A stretch of DNA of 63,283 nucleotides, counting the filler, from Actinomycetota bacterium (GTDB lineage: Bacteria > Actinomycetota > CADDZG01 > JAHWKV01 > JAOPZY01), in NCBI GenBank assembly GCA_025963875.1. It is 8 parts of 8 records of this genome, joined end to end, with 100 filler letters (N's around TTAATTAATTAA, not from the genome) between each part and the next. Parts side by side here need not be neighbours in the genome. Positions count along the whole stretch, not along the records: positions 13,413 to 20,440 come from JAOPZY010000230.1; positions 20,541 to 31,692 come from JAOPZY010000266.1; 6 more parts are not named here. The stretch is one strand, 5' to 3'. The translations under genes and the position numbers were made by a program. Positions 17,834 through 27,747 of this stretch are shown one piece after another; positions within the stretch are counted from its first letter, which is position 1; the number at the start of each line of letters is the position of its first letter. Below the pieces are notes generated by a model. It was given only the letters and a program-made list of their open reading frames with translations. It had not been told where the DNA came from and did no database searches.

Positions 17834-18988
17834 GTGGGCTTCACCGGTCGCCTGCGGGCGCGTCTCATCTTTGGTTGCGCTCTGCTGCTCGTAGCTTGCG
17901 GGCCACCCTTCCCAACCGTGACGAGGCGGGTCGTGACCCCGTCGCCCACCGCCGTGGGGACTCCGCAGGTGAATCCCTCCGCAGCCGTTTCCGGCCCCGG
18001 CCCGATCCCGAACACCCTCGGCGGGGCACGCTCGATCGGTCACAAGGCCTCGTCGGTCGGGGCCGGCCTCCCGGCCGGGACAACCACCACCGCGGCCCCC
18101 ACGACGCCGAGAAGCACCGTCACGCCCGCTCCTGACCCGCCTCGTTCCACAGCACAGCCGGTCCGGGCCCCCACCCCGGTCCCCCCGCCCGTCCCGGCAC
18201 CGCCGAAGCCCGGCATCCCGCACTTCTCCAAGGTCGTCGTGGTGCTCATGGAGAACGAGGAGTACTCCAGCATCATCGGCAACGCGAGCGCGCCGTACGT
18301 CAACAGCCTGGCGGCGGTAGGGGCGTCGGCCACCCAGTACTACGCAGTGAGCCATCCGTCTCTCCCCAACTACCTGGCCCTGACAGGCGGGTCCACGTTC
18401 GGCGTCACCACGGACTGCACGCCGGCAGCATCCTGCACCGGGGGAACGAGCGTGGTCGAGGAGATGGCGGCAGCCGGCATCGGCTGGAGGGCCTACATGG
18501 AGGACATGCCGTCGCCCTGCGCCCAGGCGGACAGCGGCCAGTACGCGGTGCGCCACGACCCCTTCGTCTACTACAACGGCATCGTGGCCGGCTCGTGCGG
18601 CAACGTCGTGGCCGGCAGCCGCCTCCCCGGCGACATCGCCGCCGGGGCACTCCCTGCCTTCACCTGGCTGACGCCGAACCTCTGCAACGACATGCACGAC
18701 TGTTCGGTCGCCACCGGCGACACGTACCTCGCCGGCATCGTGCCGCAGCTCCTCGGCACCCTCGGGCCCAACGGCGCCCTCTTCCTGGTCTGGGACGAGG
18801 GGACGAGCAACCTCCACGGCGGCGGGCAGGTCACGATGGTCGCAGCGGGTCCCGGCGTGAAGAAGGGATACCGCTCCTCCACCCCCTACGACCACTACTC
18901 GCTGCTGCGCACCATCGAGGACGCCTGGGGCCTGCCGAAACTGGGCAACTCGGCAGCGGCGACGCCGATGGGGGACCTCTTCCCCTGA
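17834..18988 (+). CDS. Phosphoesterase (acid phosphatase) family lipoprotein
   Basis: LVAC lipobox, VVVVLMENE, HPSLPNYLAL, RHDPF, PNLCNDMHD, WDE, YDHYSLLRTIED. Confidence 0.88.
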   Translation: MGFTGRLRARLIFGCALLLVACGPPFPTVTRRVVTPSPTAVGTPQVNPSAAVSGPGPIPNTLGGARSIGHKASSVGAGLPAGTTTTAAPTTPRSTVTPAPDPPRSTAQPVRAPTPVPPPVPAPPKPGIPHFSKVVVVLMENEEYSSIIGNASAPYVNSLAAVGASATQYYAVSHPSLPNYLALTGGSTFGVTTDCTPAASCTGGTSVVEEMAAAGIGWRAYMEDMPSPCAQADSGQYAVRHDPFVYYNGIVAGSCGNVVAGSRLPGDIAAGALPAFTWLTPNLCNDMHDCSVATGDTYLAGIVPQLLGTLGPNGALFLVWDEGTSNLHGGGQVTMVAAGPGVKKGYRSSTPYDHYSLLRTIEDAWGLPKLGNSAAATPMGDLFP

Positions 18989-19036
18989 CGCGACGACGCG
19001 ACGGCGCACGAGGAGGGCCGACTAGAATCGTCCCGC

Positions 19037-19915
19037 ATGGATACCGTCGCCGAGATCGAGCTGGATGACCACCAGCAGGCCATCGCCCGCTACTACCGCG
19101 AGTGCTGGCTCGACTACCGCTTCTTCTGGATCAACCGCAAGAACCTCGGCATGCACTTCGGGTACTGGGATGAGACCACCCGCACCCACGCCCAGTCGCT
19201 CCTGCGCACCAACGAGGTCATGGCCGAGGCCGTCAGCATCGGGCCGGGCGACCGGGTGCTCGACGCAGGCTGCGGGGTCGGCGGCTCGTCCATCTGGCTG
19301 GCGTCCGAGCGCGGGGCCACCGTCGTCGGCGTCAACGTCTCGCCCGAGCAGGTGGGCCACGCCCGCAAGTTCGTGCACCGGCGTGGCCTCGACGACCGCG
19401 TGACGATCCTGCAGCGCGACTACAAGAACACCGGCCTCCCCGACGAGAGCTTCGACGTGGTCTGGGCCTGCGAGAGCATCGCCCACTCCCCCGATCAGCG
19501 CGACACCCTGGCCGAGGCCTACCGGCTGCTGAAGCCGGGTGGGCGCCTCGTGGTACGGGACATCTACCTGAAGCGGCCCCCCGCCAACGAGGAGGAGCAG
19601 CGCATGGTGGACCTCTGGTGCGCCGCCTGGGTGATGCCCCCGCTGCCGACGACCGAGCAGTTCCTTGCCTTCGTGTCCAGGACGGGCTTCACCGAGGTAC
19701 ACATGCAGGACGTGACCGCCACCGGCGTCCGGTCGGGCCGCCGCCTCTACTGGATGAGCCTCGCGGCCCTGCCCGGGGCCACCGTCCTGCACCGCCTAGG
19801 GATCCGGACGGACGTCCAGCACACCAACGTCACGGGCTCCATCGCCGCCTGGCGCGGCTACAAGCGTGGGCTCTGGGAAGCGGCCCATACCACTGCCCGC
19901 AAACCCGAATCTTAA
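19037..19915 (+). CDS. Class I SAM methyltransferase (tocopherol/sterol C-methyltransferase-like)
   Basis: MHFGYWD, VLDAGCGVGG, FDVVWACES, LKPGGRL. Confidence 0.85.
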   Translation: MDTVAEIELDDHQQAIARYYRECWLDYRFFWINRKNLGMHFGYWDETTRTHAQSLLRTNEVMAEAVSIGPGDRVLDAGCGVGGSSIWLASERGATVVGVNVSPEQVGHARKFVHRRGLDDRVTILQRDYKNTGLPDESFDVVWACESIAHSPDQRDTLAEAYRLLKPGGRLVVRDIYLKRPPANEEEQRMVDLWCAAWVMPPLPTTEQFLAFVSRTGFTEVHMQDVTATGVRSGRRLYWMSLAALPGATVLHRLGIRTDVQHTNVTGSIAAWRGYKRGLWEAAHTTARKPES

Positions 19916-19986
19916 ACGCACTTCCGCGGTTCAATCTCCCACCTTTCCCCGGTCGATTTCTCCGTTAGCGCGGACCCAGACCCTTT

Positions 19987-20012
19987 GTTTAGGGCTTGTT
20001 AACCGCGGGTAG
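19987..20012 (+). promoter_or_regulatory. Putative SigF/SigB-type stress promoter GTTT-N16-GGGTAG
   Basis: Matches the actinobacterial GTTT-N15-17-GGGTA consensus upstream of a small acidic protein. Confidence 0.5.
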
Positions 20013-20048
20013 ATCCGTGGCAAGACGAGCAAGGAAAGGAGGCATCAC

Positions 20049-20249
20049 ATGGCTGACGAAGCGCCCGCGCACGTGCCGGGTGTCCGCAAAGGCGAAGAGA
20101 TGATCGAGGAGGAAGGCAAGGAGCCGGGTCGCACCACCACAGGGCACGACGACACCCCTGCTGGCCGGCCCCACGGGACTTCCGATGCTCGGGACGACAC
20201 GGCCATCGATCCTCAGGAGCCAGTGACCGGAACCAACCCGAAGGGTTAA
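20049..20249 (+). CDS. Small hydrophilic hypothetical protein
   Basis: Strong AAGGAGG RBS; 66-aa acidic ORF. Confidence 0.7.
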   Translation: MADEAPAHVPGVRKGEEMIEEEGKEPGRTTTGHDDTPAGRPHGTSDARDDTAIDPQEPVTGTNPKG

Positions 20250-20342
20250 CTCACAGGGGTAAACCTACAGTAAGTGGGTAAACAATGCGGTAGCAAATGA
20301 TGTCTGGCAGTTGGCGGCAAGCGGAATGACAAGGGAGGGGAT

Positions 20343-20440
20343 ATGGGAGTGCTGCTCGCATTTCTGATCATCACTCTGCTGCTGTTCGGCGCAGGATTCG
20401 CCCTGCATCTTCTGTGGTGGATCGCCGCCATTGCACTCGT
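20343..20440 (+). CDS. Small hydrophobic membrane protein, 3'-truncated
   Basis: MGVLLAFLIITLLLFGAGFALHLLWWIAAIAL; GGAGG RBS. Confidence 0.7.
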
Positions 20441-20540
20441 NNNNNNNNNNNNNNNNNNNNNNNNNNNNNNNNNNNNNNNNNNNNTTAATTAATTAANNNN
20501 NNNNNNNNNNNNNNNNNNNNNNNNNNNNNNNNNNNNNNNN
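20441..20540. other. Artificial contig linker
   Basis: N-run/TTAATTAATTAA/N-run. Confidence 0.99.
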
Positions 20541-20588
20541 CTCGCCCACCGCGGCGAGGTGCCCGGTATCACCAAGGCGAGCTGGTAG
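20541..20588 (+). CDS. rpsN: 30S ribosomal protein S14, 3' end
   Basis: [15 protein letters not shown] directly before rpsH. Confidence 0.92.
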   Translation, partial: LAHRGEVPGITKASW

Positions 20589-20597
20589 GGGCCTGTC

Positions 20598-20999
20598 ATG
20601 TCCATGACCGATCCCATCGCCGACATGCTCGCCCGGATCCGCAACGCGCAGGGGGCCGAGCACGACACGGTCGAGATGCCCCTGTCGAAGGTGAAGATCG
20701 AGATCGCCCGGATCCTGAAGTCGGAGGGCTACATCGCCGACTACCAGACCATGACGGCCGACAGCGGCCATCCCGCCCTCAGCGTCCGCCTGAAGTACGG
20801 GCAGGGCCGGGCGAGGACGATCTCGGGCATCAAGCGTATTTCCAAGCCCGGCGGCCGCGTGCACGCGAGCAGCACCCAGCTCCCCAAGGTGCTGGGGGGC
20901 ATGGGGATCGCCATCCTTTCGACATCGTCGGGCATGATGACCGACCGCGAGGCCAAGCGGGCCGGCGTGGGTGGCGAAGTCGTCGCCCACGTCTGGTAG
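20598..20999 (+). CDS. rpsH: 30S ribosomal protein S8
   Basis: [15 protein letters not shown]...RISKPG...GVGGEV. Confidence 0.98.
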   Translation: MSMTDPIADMLARIRNAQGAEHDTVEMPLSKVKIEIARILKSEGYIADYQTMTADSGHPALSVRLKYGQGRARTISGIKRISKPGGRVHASSTQLPKVLGGMGIAILSTSSGMMTDREAKRAGVGGEVVAHVW

Positions 21000-21013
21000 G
21001 CAGAGGAGATGCA

Positions 21014-21550
21014 ATGAGCCGTATCGGAAGGATGCCCATCACGGTACCCACCGGGGTCGACGTCGACATCGAGCCCGGGTTCGTACGCGTCAAGGGCCCG
21101 AAGGCGTCCCTCCAGCGCACGATCCCCGCCGCCATCGCGTTCCAGCGCGAGGGAGACACGCTCCTCGCCGTCCGGCCCTCCGACTCCGGGGAGCACCGCT
21201 CGCTGCACGGGCTGACCCGCACCCTGGTGGCCAACATGGTGATCGGGGTGACCCAGGGCTTCGAGCGCAAGCTCGAGATCCACGGCGTCGGCTACCGCTG
21301 CACGGCCCGGCCCGACGGCATCGAGCTGGCGCTCGGCTACTCCCACCCCATCCGGTACCCCGCCCCCGAGGGCATCACCTTCGAGGTGCCGACGCCCACG
21401 CGGATCACCATCCGTGGCGCCGACAAGGAGCGGGTGGGCCAGGTCGCTGCGGAGATCCGGGCGCTGCGCAAGCCCGATCCCTACAAGCAGAAGGGTGTCC
21501 GCTACGAGGGCGAGCGCATCCGCAAGAAGGCAGGAAAGGCGTCGAAGTGA
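21014..21550 (+). CDS. rplF: 50S ribosomal protein L6
   Basis: MSRIGRMPI...[11 protein letters not shown]. Confidence 0.98.
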   Translation: MSRIGRMPITVPTGVDVDIEPGFVRVKGPKASLQRTIPAAIAFQREGDTLLAVRPSDSGEHRSLHGLTRTLVANMVIGVTQGFERKLEIHGVGYRCTARPDGIELALGYSHPIRYPAPEGITFEVPTPTRITIRGADKERVGQVAAEIRALRKPDPYKQKGVRYEGERIRKKAGKASK

Positions 21551-21575
21551 GTAACCCTCAAAATTGGAATTCTGA

Positions 21576-21932
21576 GTGACCAAGACTGCCCACGCAGCCC
21601 GCGTCCGCCGCCACGCCCGCGTCCGCAAGAAGGTCTCGGGCACGCCGGCGCGGCCACGGCTGGCCGTCTTCCGGAGCAACCGTCACGTCCATGCCCAGCT
21701 CATCGACGATGTCGCCGGCGCAACGCTGGCCTCAGCTTCGACCGAAGAGGCCGCCCTGCGCTCCGCGACCACCCCGCCGGTCGAGCGGGCAGGGGCCGTT
21801 GGGAAGCTGCTCGCCGAGCGGGCGACCGCGCAGGGCATCACGTCGGCGGTCTTCGACCGCGGCGGGTTCCGCTTCCACGGCCGCGTGAAGGCCCTGGCCG
21901 ATGGCGCACGCAGCGCCGGACTGGAGTTCTGA
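21576..21932 (+). CDS. rplR: 50S ribosomal protein L18
   Basis: [12 protein letters not shown]...[17 protein letters not shown]. Confidence 0.98.
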   Translation: MTKTAHAARVRRHARVRKKVSGTPARPRLAVFRSNRHVHAQLIDDVAGATLASASTEEAALRSATTPPVERAGAVGKLLAERATAQGITSAVFDRGGFRFHGRVKALADGARSAGLEF

Positions 21933-22642
21933 TGCCACCACCACCAAGCGCAGGGCGAGGCCGGGGACCCGGCGGACCGGGCGGGCCCGGTGGCTTCGGC
22001 CGCCGCGACGGCGGCCCGGGCGGCGGGCGCCGTGACGGCCCGCGCCGCGATGGCGGCAACCGCCGCGACGACGAGGCACGGGCCGGCTACATCGAGCGCA
22101 TCGTCGGGAGGCCCCGGCGGGTCGCCAAGGTCGTCAAGGGCGGCCGGCGCTTCTCGTTCAGCGCCGTGGTCGTCGTCGGCGACGGCAACGGGCGGGTCGG
22201 CGTCGGGCAGGGCAAGGCCCGCGAGGTTCCCGCCGCCATCGCCAAGGCGTCCGAGTCGGCGCGCAAGTCCATGTTCGACGTTCCCCTCGTGCTCGCGACC
22301 ATCCCCCACCAGGTGCTCGGCGAGGCGTCCGGCGCCGTCGTGATGCTGAAGCCCGCCTCGCCGGGAACCGGGGTCATCGCCGGCGGTCCCGTCCGGGCCG
22401 TGGTCGAGGCGGCCGGCATCAAGGACATCCTGTCGAAGTCGCTCGGCTCGTCGAACGCTATCAACATCGTGCACGCCACGATCGACGGCCTGCGCTCCCT
22501 CCAGCGACCCGAGGACGTCGCTCGCCGGCGTGGCAAGACGGTCGAGGAGGTGGCGCCGGCCTACCTGCTGCGGCCGAAGGTGGTCACCGCCCATTCCAGC
22601 GGCGCCCCCCACCCTGAACCTACCGCCAGTTCCAGGTCATAA
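21932..22642 (+). CDS. rpsE: 30S ribosomal protein S5
   Basis: [14 protein letters not shown]...GTGVIAGG. Confidence 0.98.
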   Translation: MPPPPSAGRGRGPGGPGGPGGFGRRDGGPGGGRRDGPRRDGGNRRDDEARAGYIERIVGRPRRVAKVVKGGRRFSFSAVVVVGDGNGRVGVGQGKAREVPAAIAKASESARKSMFDVPLVLATIPHQVLGEASGAVVMLKPASPGTGVIAGGPVRAVVEAAGIKDILSKSLGSSNAINIVHATIDGLRSLQRPEDVARRRGKTVEEVAPAYLLRPKVVTAHSSGAPHPEPTASSRS

Positions 22643-22649
22643 TCGAACG

Positions 22650-22868
22650 ATGGCCGACGTGAGAGTCACCCAGGTACGCAGCGCCGCCTCGCGCAAGGCG
22701 GACCAGGGCCGCACCCTGCGGGCCCTCGGGCTGACGCGCATCCGCTCGTCGGTAGTGCACCAGGACCGCCCCGAGATCCTCGGGATGATCAACAAGGTCT
22801 CGCACCTCGTGGAGGTCGAGCCTGCAAACGGGCGGGCCGACGGCGACCGGAAGCGGAGAGGCCAATGA
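22650..22868 (+). CDS. rpmD: 50S ribosomal protein L30
   Basis: VRVTQVRS...TLRALGL...GMINKVSHLV. Confidence 0.95.
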   Translation: MADVRVTQVRSAASRKADQGRTLRALGLTRIRSSVVHQDRPEILGMINKVSHLVEVEPANGRADGDRKRRGQ

Positions 22869-23311
22869 AGCTGCACGAACTCGCCCCAGCCCCCGGGTCC
22901 ACCCGGCCAAGGCGCCGCGTGGGTCGCGGCCGTGCCGGAGACGGCGGCAAGACCGCCGGCCGGGGCACCAAGGGCGCCAAGGCCCGGGGTCAGATCGCCC
23001 GCACCTACGAGGGCGGCCAGATCCCCCTGCAGATGCGGTTGCCCAAGTTGCCGGGCTTCCGCTCGCCGAACCGGGTGCCGTACACCGTCGTGAACCTGGC
23101 GGCGCTGGAGGCGGCGTTCGAGCCGGGTGCCCTCGTCGACCCCGACACGCTGCGATCCAAAGGGCTGGTGAAGAAGAAGGGTCCGGTCAAGGTCCTCGGC
23201 GAGGGAGACGTCGCCAAGGTCCTCCGGGTACGGGCGCACGCCTTCAGCTCGAGCGCGGTTGCGAAGCTCGAGGCTGCCGGTGGCGGCGTCGAGGTGATCG
23301 AACGAAGCTGA
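22865..23311 (+). CDS. rplO: 50S ribosomal protein L15
   Basis: MKLHELAPAPGS...GKTAGRGTKG...EGGQIPL. Confidence 0.98.
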   Translation: MKLHELAPAPGSTRPRRRVGRGRAGDGGKTAGRGTKGAKARGQIARTYEGGQIPLQMRLPKLPGFRSPNRVPYTVVNLAALEAAFEPGALVDPDTLRSKGLVKKKGPVKVLGEGDVAKVLRVRAHAFSSSAVAKLEAAGGGVEVIERS

Positions 23312-23353
23312 GGTGATGTTCCCCGTTCCCGGCTGTCGCCACGAGGAGCCCTA

Positions 23354-24640
23354 GTGCTTTCAGCGTTTGTCAACGCCTTCAAGGTCCCGGACCTTCGCAA
23401 GAAGCTGCTCTTCACCCTTTTCGTCATCGCCCTCTACCGGCTGGGCTCCCATATCCCGGTGCCGGGGATCGACATCAAGACGGCCCGGAGCCTGACGAGC
23501 GTCAACGGCGGCGTGCTCGGCCTGCTCAACCTCTTCTCGGGCGGCGCGCTCACCCAGCTCGCGGTGTTCGCCCTCGGGATCATGCCCTACATCACCTCGA
23601 GCATCATCATGCAGCTCCTTGCGGTCGTGATCCCCAAGCTCGAGGCCTGGCAGAAAGAGGGCGAGATCGGGGTCAAGAAGATCACGCAGTGGACCCGGTA
23701 CCTCACGGTCGGCCTGGCGATCCTCCAATCCACCGGACTCGCCTTCCTCTTCCACAAGGGAGGCCTGACGAACGCCCAGGGCCAGTCGGTGGACCTGATC
23801 CCCCACTTCACGCCGGCGAGGGTGGCACTCATCGTGCTGACGCTCACCGCCGGCACCGCCCTCATCATGTGGTTCGGCGAGCTGATCACCACCCGCGGCG
23901 TCGGCAACGGCATGTCCATCCTCATCTTCGCCGCCATCGTCGCCCGCCTCCCCGCCGAGGGCCACGCCATCTACCAGCAGAAGGGGGCCGGGTGGTTCGC
24001 GCTGATCCTCGCCCTCGGCATCCTCATCATCCTGGCGATCGTCATCGTCGAGCAGGGGCAGCGCCGCATCCCGGTCCAGTACGCGAAGCGGGTGGTGGGC
24101 CGCAAGCTCTACGGTGGCTCGTCGACCTACATCCCGCTCAAGGTCAACCAGGCGGGCGTCATCCCGATCATCTTCGCCTCGAGCGTCCTGTACTTCCCGG
24201 CGCTCGTGTCGACGATCATCCCGTGGAAGAGCCTCAACAGCTTCCTGTCGAACAACGTCGAGAACCAGGCGTCGCCCGTCCACATCGTCCTGTACGGCTT
24301 CCTCATCATCTTCTTCGCCTACTTCTACACGGCCATCACCTTCAACCCCATCGAGGTGGCGGACAACATGAAGAAGTACGGCGGGTTCATCCCCGGCATC
24401 CGGCCGGGCCGCTCCACGGCCGAGCACCTGGACTTCATCCTCACTCGCATCACCCTCCCCGGATCGCTCTTCCTCGCGGCCGTGGCGATCCTCCCTTCCA
24501 TCGCCCTCGCTTTGCTCAAGGTCCAGAACTTTCCCTTCGGCGGGACCTCCATCCTCATCACCGTCGGCGTCGCGCTCGAAACGATGAAACAGTTGGAGTC
24601 CCAGCTGCTGATGCGTCACTACGAAGGTTTCCTGACGTAG
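23354..24640 (+). CDS. secY: Preprotein translocase subunit SecY
   Basis: ALGIMPYITSSII, GVGNGMS, AGVIPIIFASS, FIPGIRPG. Confidence 0.98.
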   Translation: MLSAFVNAFKVPDLRKKLLFTLFVIALYRLGSHIPVPGIDIKTARSLTSVNGGVLGLLNLFSGGALTQLAVFALGIMPYITSSIIMQLLAVVIPKLEAWQKEGEIGVKKITQWTRYLTVGLAILQSTGLAFLFHKGGLTNAQGQSVDLIPHFTPARVALIVLTLTAGTALIMWFGELITTRGVGNGMSILIFAAIVARLPAEGHAIYQQKGAGWFALILALGILIILAIVIVEQGQRRIPVQYAKRVVGRKLYGGSSTYIPLKVNQAGVIPIIFASSVLYFPALVSTIIPWKSLNSFLSNNVENQASPVHIVLYGFLIIFFAYFYTAITFNPIEVADNMKKYGGFIPGIRPGRSTAEHLDFILTRITLPGSLFLAAVAILPSIALALLKVQNFPFGGTSILITVGVALETMKQLESQLLMRHYEGFLT

Positions 24641-24669
24641 ATGGCGCCGGCCCAGGGGAAGCGCTGGCT

Positions 24670-25326
24670 TTGCGAATCGTCCTCCTAGGACCACCCGGCG
24701 CGGGGAAGGGCACCCAGGCGGCTCGGCTCGCCGCCCACCTGGGAGTACCGCACATCGCCACCGGCGACATGCTCAGGCTTGCTGCAAACGCCGACACCCC
24801 GCTGGGGCGCCGCCTCCACTCCTACATGGACCGTGGGGAGCTCGTCCCCGACGACCTCACCAACTCGATCGTCGAGGAGCGCATCAGCCAGCCGGACGCC
24901 GCGGGAGGCTTCATCCTCGATGGGTATCCTCGAAGCGTGGACCAGGCGAAGATGCTCGACGAGTCGCTCGCAATGCAGGGAGCGTCCCTCGACAAGGCGA
25001 TCAAGTTCATGGTCACGGGGCCGGAGATCGTCAAGCGCCTGTCCGGCCGGCTGGTCTGTCCTGTCGACGGCTCGGTCTACCACCTCGTGACCAACCCGCC
25101 CAAGGTGGACAAACTCTGCGACATCGATGGCACCCCGCTGGTGCAGCGGGAGGACGACAGCGAGGAAACGGTCCTGCGCCGGCTGGAAGTTTACGGGCAG
25201 CGGACAAAGCCGCTGTACGATTTGTACGGTGAGAGGGGCATCCTCGACGAAGTCGACGCCATCGGGTCGACCGAGGAGGTGTACGAACGGCTCTTGAGGG
25301 CCGCAGCCTCGGGGGAGAAAAAATGA
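24670..25326 (+). CDS. adk: Adenylate kinase
   Basis: LLGPPGAGKGTQA, GELVPD, LDGYPR, lid domain; TTG start. Confidence 0.97.
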   Translation: MRIVLLGPPGAGKGTQAARLAAHLGVPHIATGDMLRLAANADTPLGRRLHSYMDRGELVPDDLTNSIVEERISQPDAAGGFILDGYPRSVDQAKMLDESLAMQGASLDKAIKFMVTGPEIVKRLSGRLVCPVDGSVYHLVTNPPKVDKLCDIDGTPLVQREDDSEETVLRRLEVYGQRTKPLYDLYGERGILDEVDAIGSTEEVYERLLRAAASGEKK

Positions 25327-26093
25327 TCCAGAAGAAGAGTCCTGAGCAGATCGAGAAGATGCTTGTCGCCGGGCAGGCCCTGGCGGACGTGATCAACGAA
25401 CTGAAAACCGCGGTGGCCCCTGGGGTCACCACCCTCGACCTCGACGCCATGGCCGAGCGCCTGATCCGGGAGAAGGGTGCCGAGCCCTCGTTCCTCGGCT
25501 ACCGGGGATTCCCCGGCAGCATCTGCGCCTCGCCCAACAAGGTGATCGTCCACGGGATCCCCAACGACGCCCCGCTGGCCGACGGGGACCTGCTCTCGGT
25601 GGACGTGGGCCTGATCCTCGACGGCTGGCACGCCGACAGCGCCCACACCTACCCCGTCGGGACGATCACGCCGAAGTCCCAGCGCCTGCTCGACGTGACC
25701 CAGGCCTCGCTCGAGGCCGGGATCGAGATGTGCCGGCCGGGCAATCGCCTGACCGACATCTCGCACGCGGTCCAGCGGGTGGTCGAGCACGAGGGGTTCT
25801 CGGTGGTCCGGGAGTTCGTGGGCCACGGCATAGGGCGCAACCTGCACGAGGACCCGCAGATCCCGAACTTCGGGCCGGCCGGGCGCGGCCCCGTCATCGA
25901 GGCCGGGATGGTCTTTGCCATCGAACCCATGGTCAACGCCGGCGGCTGGCGCACCCGGACCCTGGACGACGGATGGACCGTCGTGACCGCCGACGGCAAG
26001 CTGTCCGCCCATTTCGAGCACACGGTGGCGGTGACACCCGCCGGGCCCCTCGTCCTGACGAGGCTGCCGGCCCCCTCGTCGGTCGGCGCCTAA
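25323..26093 (+). CDS. map: Type I methionine aminopeptidase
   Basis: HGIP, DVG...HADSA, GHGIG..LHEDP, FAIEPM, SAHFEHT. Confidence 0.97.
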   Translation: MIQKKSPEQIEKMLVAGQALADVINELKTAVAPGVTTLDLDAMAERLIREKGAEPSFLGYRGFPGSICASPNKVIVHGIPNDAPLADGDLLSVDVGLILDGWHADSAHTYPVGTITPKSQRLLDVTQASLEAGIEMCRPGNRLTDISHAVQRVVEHEGFSVVREFVGHGIGRNLHEDPQIPNFGPAGRGPVIEAGMVFAIEPMVNAGGWRTRTLDDGWTVVTADGKLSAHFEHTVAVTPAGPLVLTRLPAPSSVGA

Positions 26094-26253
26094 CCGCTCA
26101 CACTCGCAGCCATAGGGGGGCGGGTTACAGACCCTGAGCGGGGGCTGCCACGGTCAACATGCACCGGGCTGGGGAAAACCTCGCGCTCTGGGGTATTCTC
26201 ATTTCCCCTGGGTCTTCCCCTGGCCAGGGGCCCGCGGAGGGGGCGGGTACGGC

Positions 26254-27714
26254 ATGGAACCGTTGGACGAGCTGGACCCGTTAGCCACGGTCTTCCCCGA
26301 GGAGGACGTTCCTCCGCAGGGGATCTCCCCGCTCGGAGGGTCCCTTGAGACGCGGGCGCCCCGGCACGAGTCGCAACTCCCGGCGCCAAAGGTCCCCTTC
26401 CCGCTCGACCCCATCCTCGCACCGGTCTTCCGTGACTTCGAGCAGTCGGGGGTGCGCTGGTGCCTCCTCGGCCTCCCGGAGAAGGGGCCGGAGGTCGCCG
26501 ACGAGGAGGTCGTCGCCCTCGTCGACCGCTCGGCGCTCACCACCGCACGCCGCGTCCTGAAGGCGAACGGCTTCGCCCCCATCCCCACGTGGGGCCGCGG
26601 CCCGCTGGCCCGCTTCGTCGGCTACAACCCCCAGAGCGACCGCTGGGTGATCCTCGACATCGCAACCCGCCTGACCTACGGCCCCTACGCCGAGTTGGAG
26701 ACCGGCGCCGAAGGGGGTTGCCTGGAGCGGCGGCGCTGGGAGGGGGGCGTCTACGTGCTCGCGGCGGACGACGCCTTCTGGACCCTGCTCCTCCACGTGC
26801 TGCTCGACGACCCCACGCTGCTCGGAGCGCGGCCCCCCGCGTTCGCCAAGACGTTGGAGCGCCTGGCGGTCGAGGCGAGGACGGAAGGCCCCCTCGGCCG
26901 GGTTGTCGCTTCGTTCCTGCCGGAGCGCTGGAGCACGGACGTCCTCGTCGATTGCGTCTGGGACGGGGACTGGGACGCCCTGGAGCGTCTCGCCCCGGTG
27001 CTCGCCGCCGATTGGGCGCGCCGGCAGGAGGGCGCCGCCCGCCGGCGCAACCTCGCCAACCGCACGCTGCGGCGTTTCTCCGCCCGGCGCCTGCTGCCTG
27101 CCCCGAGGGGGCTGTCCGTGGCGCTGCTGGCTCCCGAGCCGGCTGCCAAGGCTGCCCTGGCCGAGGAGTTGGGCCGGACGTTCTACCTCCCGGTGACCTT
27201 CATGCGGATGAGTGCCGCTCCACGCTCGCGCGGCGGCAAACTGACCAGGGCCGGGTTGATCGTGACCCTGGTGACCTTCTGGCTTCGCTACCTCACCGGA
27301 CGCCAGCGGCGAGCGAAGGGCCGGCTCGTGATCTTCGACCGCTACACGTACGACTACCGGCTGCCACCCGCCAGGCCTGCCCGGGCGCTCGGCAAGCTTC
27401 GCCGAGTCCTCCTTGGCCGGGCCTGCCCTGCCCCCGACGTCGTGGTCGTGCTTGACGACCCGACGCCCCCGAAGGTGCGGAAGCTCCGCCCCGACGTCCC
27501 CTACGAGAGCGTCCGGCAGCGCTACCTCGACCTTGCCCAGCGCCTGCCCGATGCCATCGTCGTCGAGGCGCCCGCCTCCCACGAGTCCTCCGACGGGGCG
27601 TCGATGGACACCGAACATCTGCGTCGCGAGATCACCGCTCAGCTGTGGCGGGCCTACGCTGCGGCGCCCCCCACATCGTGGCTGTTGCGACTCGGGGGTC
27701 TGCTCCAGCGCTGA
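26254..27714 (+). CDS. Nucleotidyltransferase-like / thymidylate-kinase-like fusion, degenerate paralog
   Basis: Aligns to 27748-29151 (DDAFWxLLLH, LVIFDR) but the DxD and P-loop motifs are altered. Confidence 0.65.
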   Translation: MEPLDELDPLATVFPEEDVPPQGISPLGGSLETRAPRHESQLPAPKVPFPLDPILAPVFRDFEQSGVRWCLLGLPEKGPEVADEEVVALVDRSALTTARRVLKANGFAPIPTWGRGPLARFVGYNPQSDRWVILDIATRLTYGPYAELETGAEGGCLERRRWEGGVYVLAADDAFWTLLLHVLLDDPTLLGARPPAFAKTLERLAVEARTEGPLGRVVASFLPERWSTDVLVDCVWDGDWDALERLAPVLAADWARRQEGAARRRNLANRTLRRFSARRLLPAPRGLSVALLAPEPAAKAALAEELGRTFYLPVTFMRMSAAPRSRGGKLTRAGLIVTLVTFWLRYLTGRQRRAKGRLVIFDRYTYDYRLPPARPARALGKLRRVLLGRACPAPDVVVVLDDPTPPKVRKLRPDVPYESVRQRYLDLAQRLPDAIVVEAPASHESSDGASMDTEHLRREITAQLWRAYAAAPPTSWLLRLGGLLQR

Positions 27715-27747
27715 CGGTCCCCATCCGGGTTCGAAGCATATGGTTGT

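Noticed and set aside
21932..22080. Gly/Pro/Arg-rich N-terminus of S5
   Set aside because: Such extensions are ordinary for actinobacterial RpsE.
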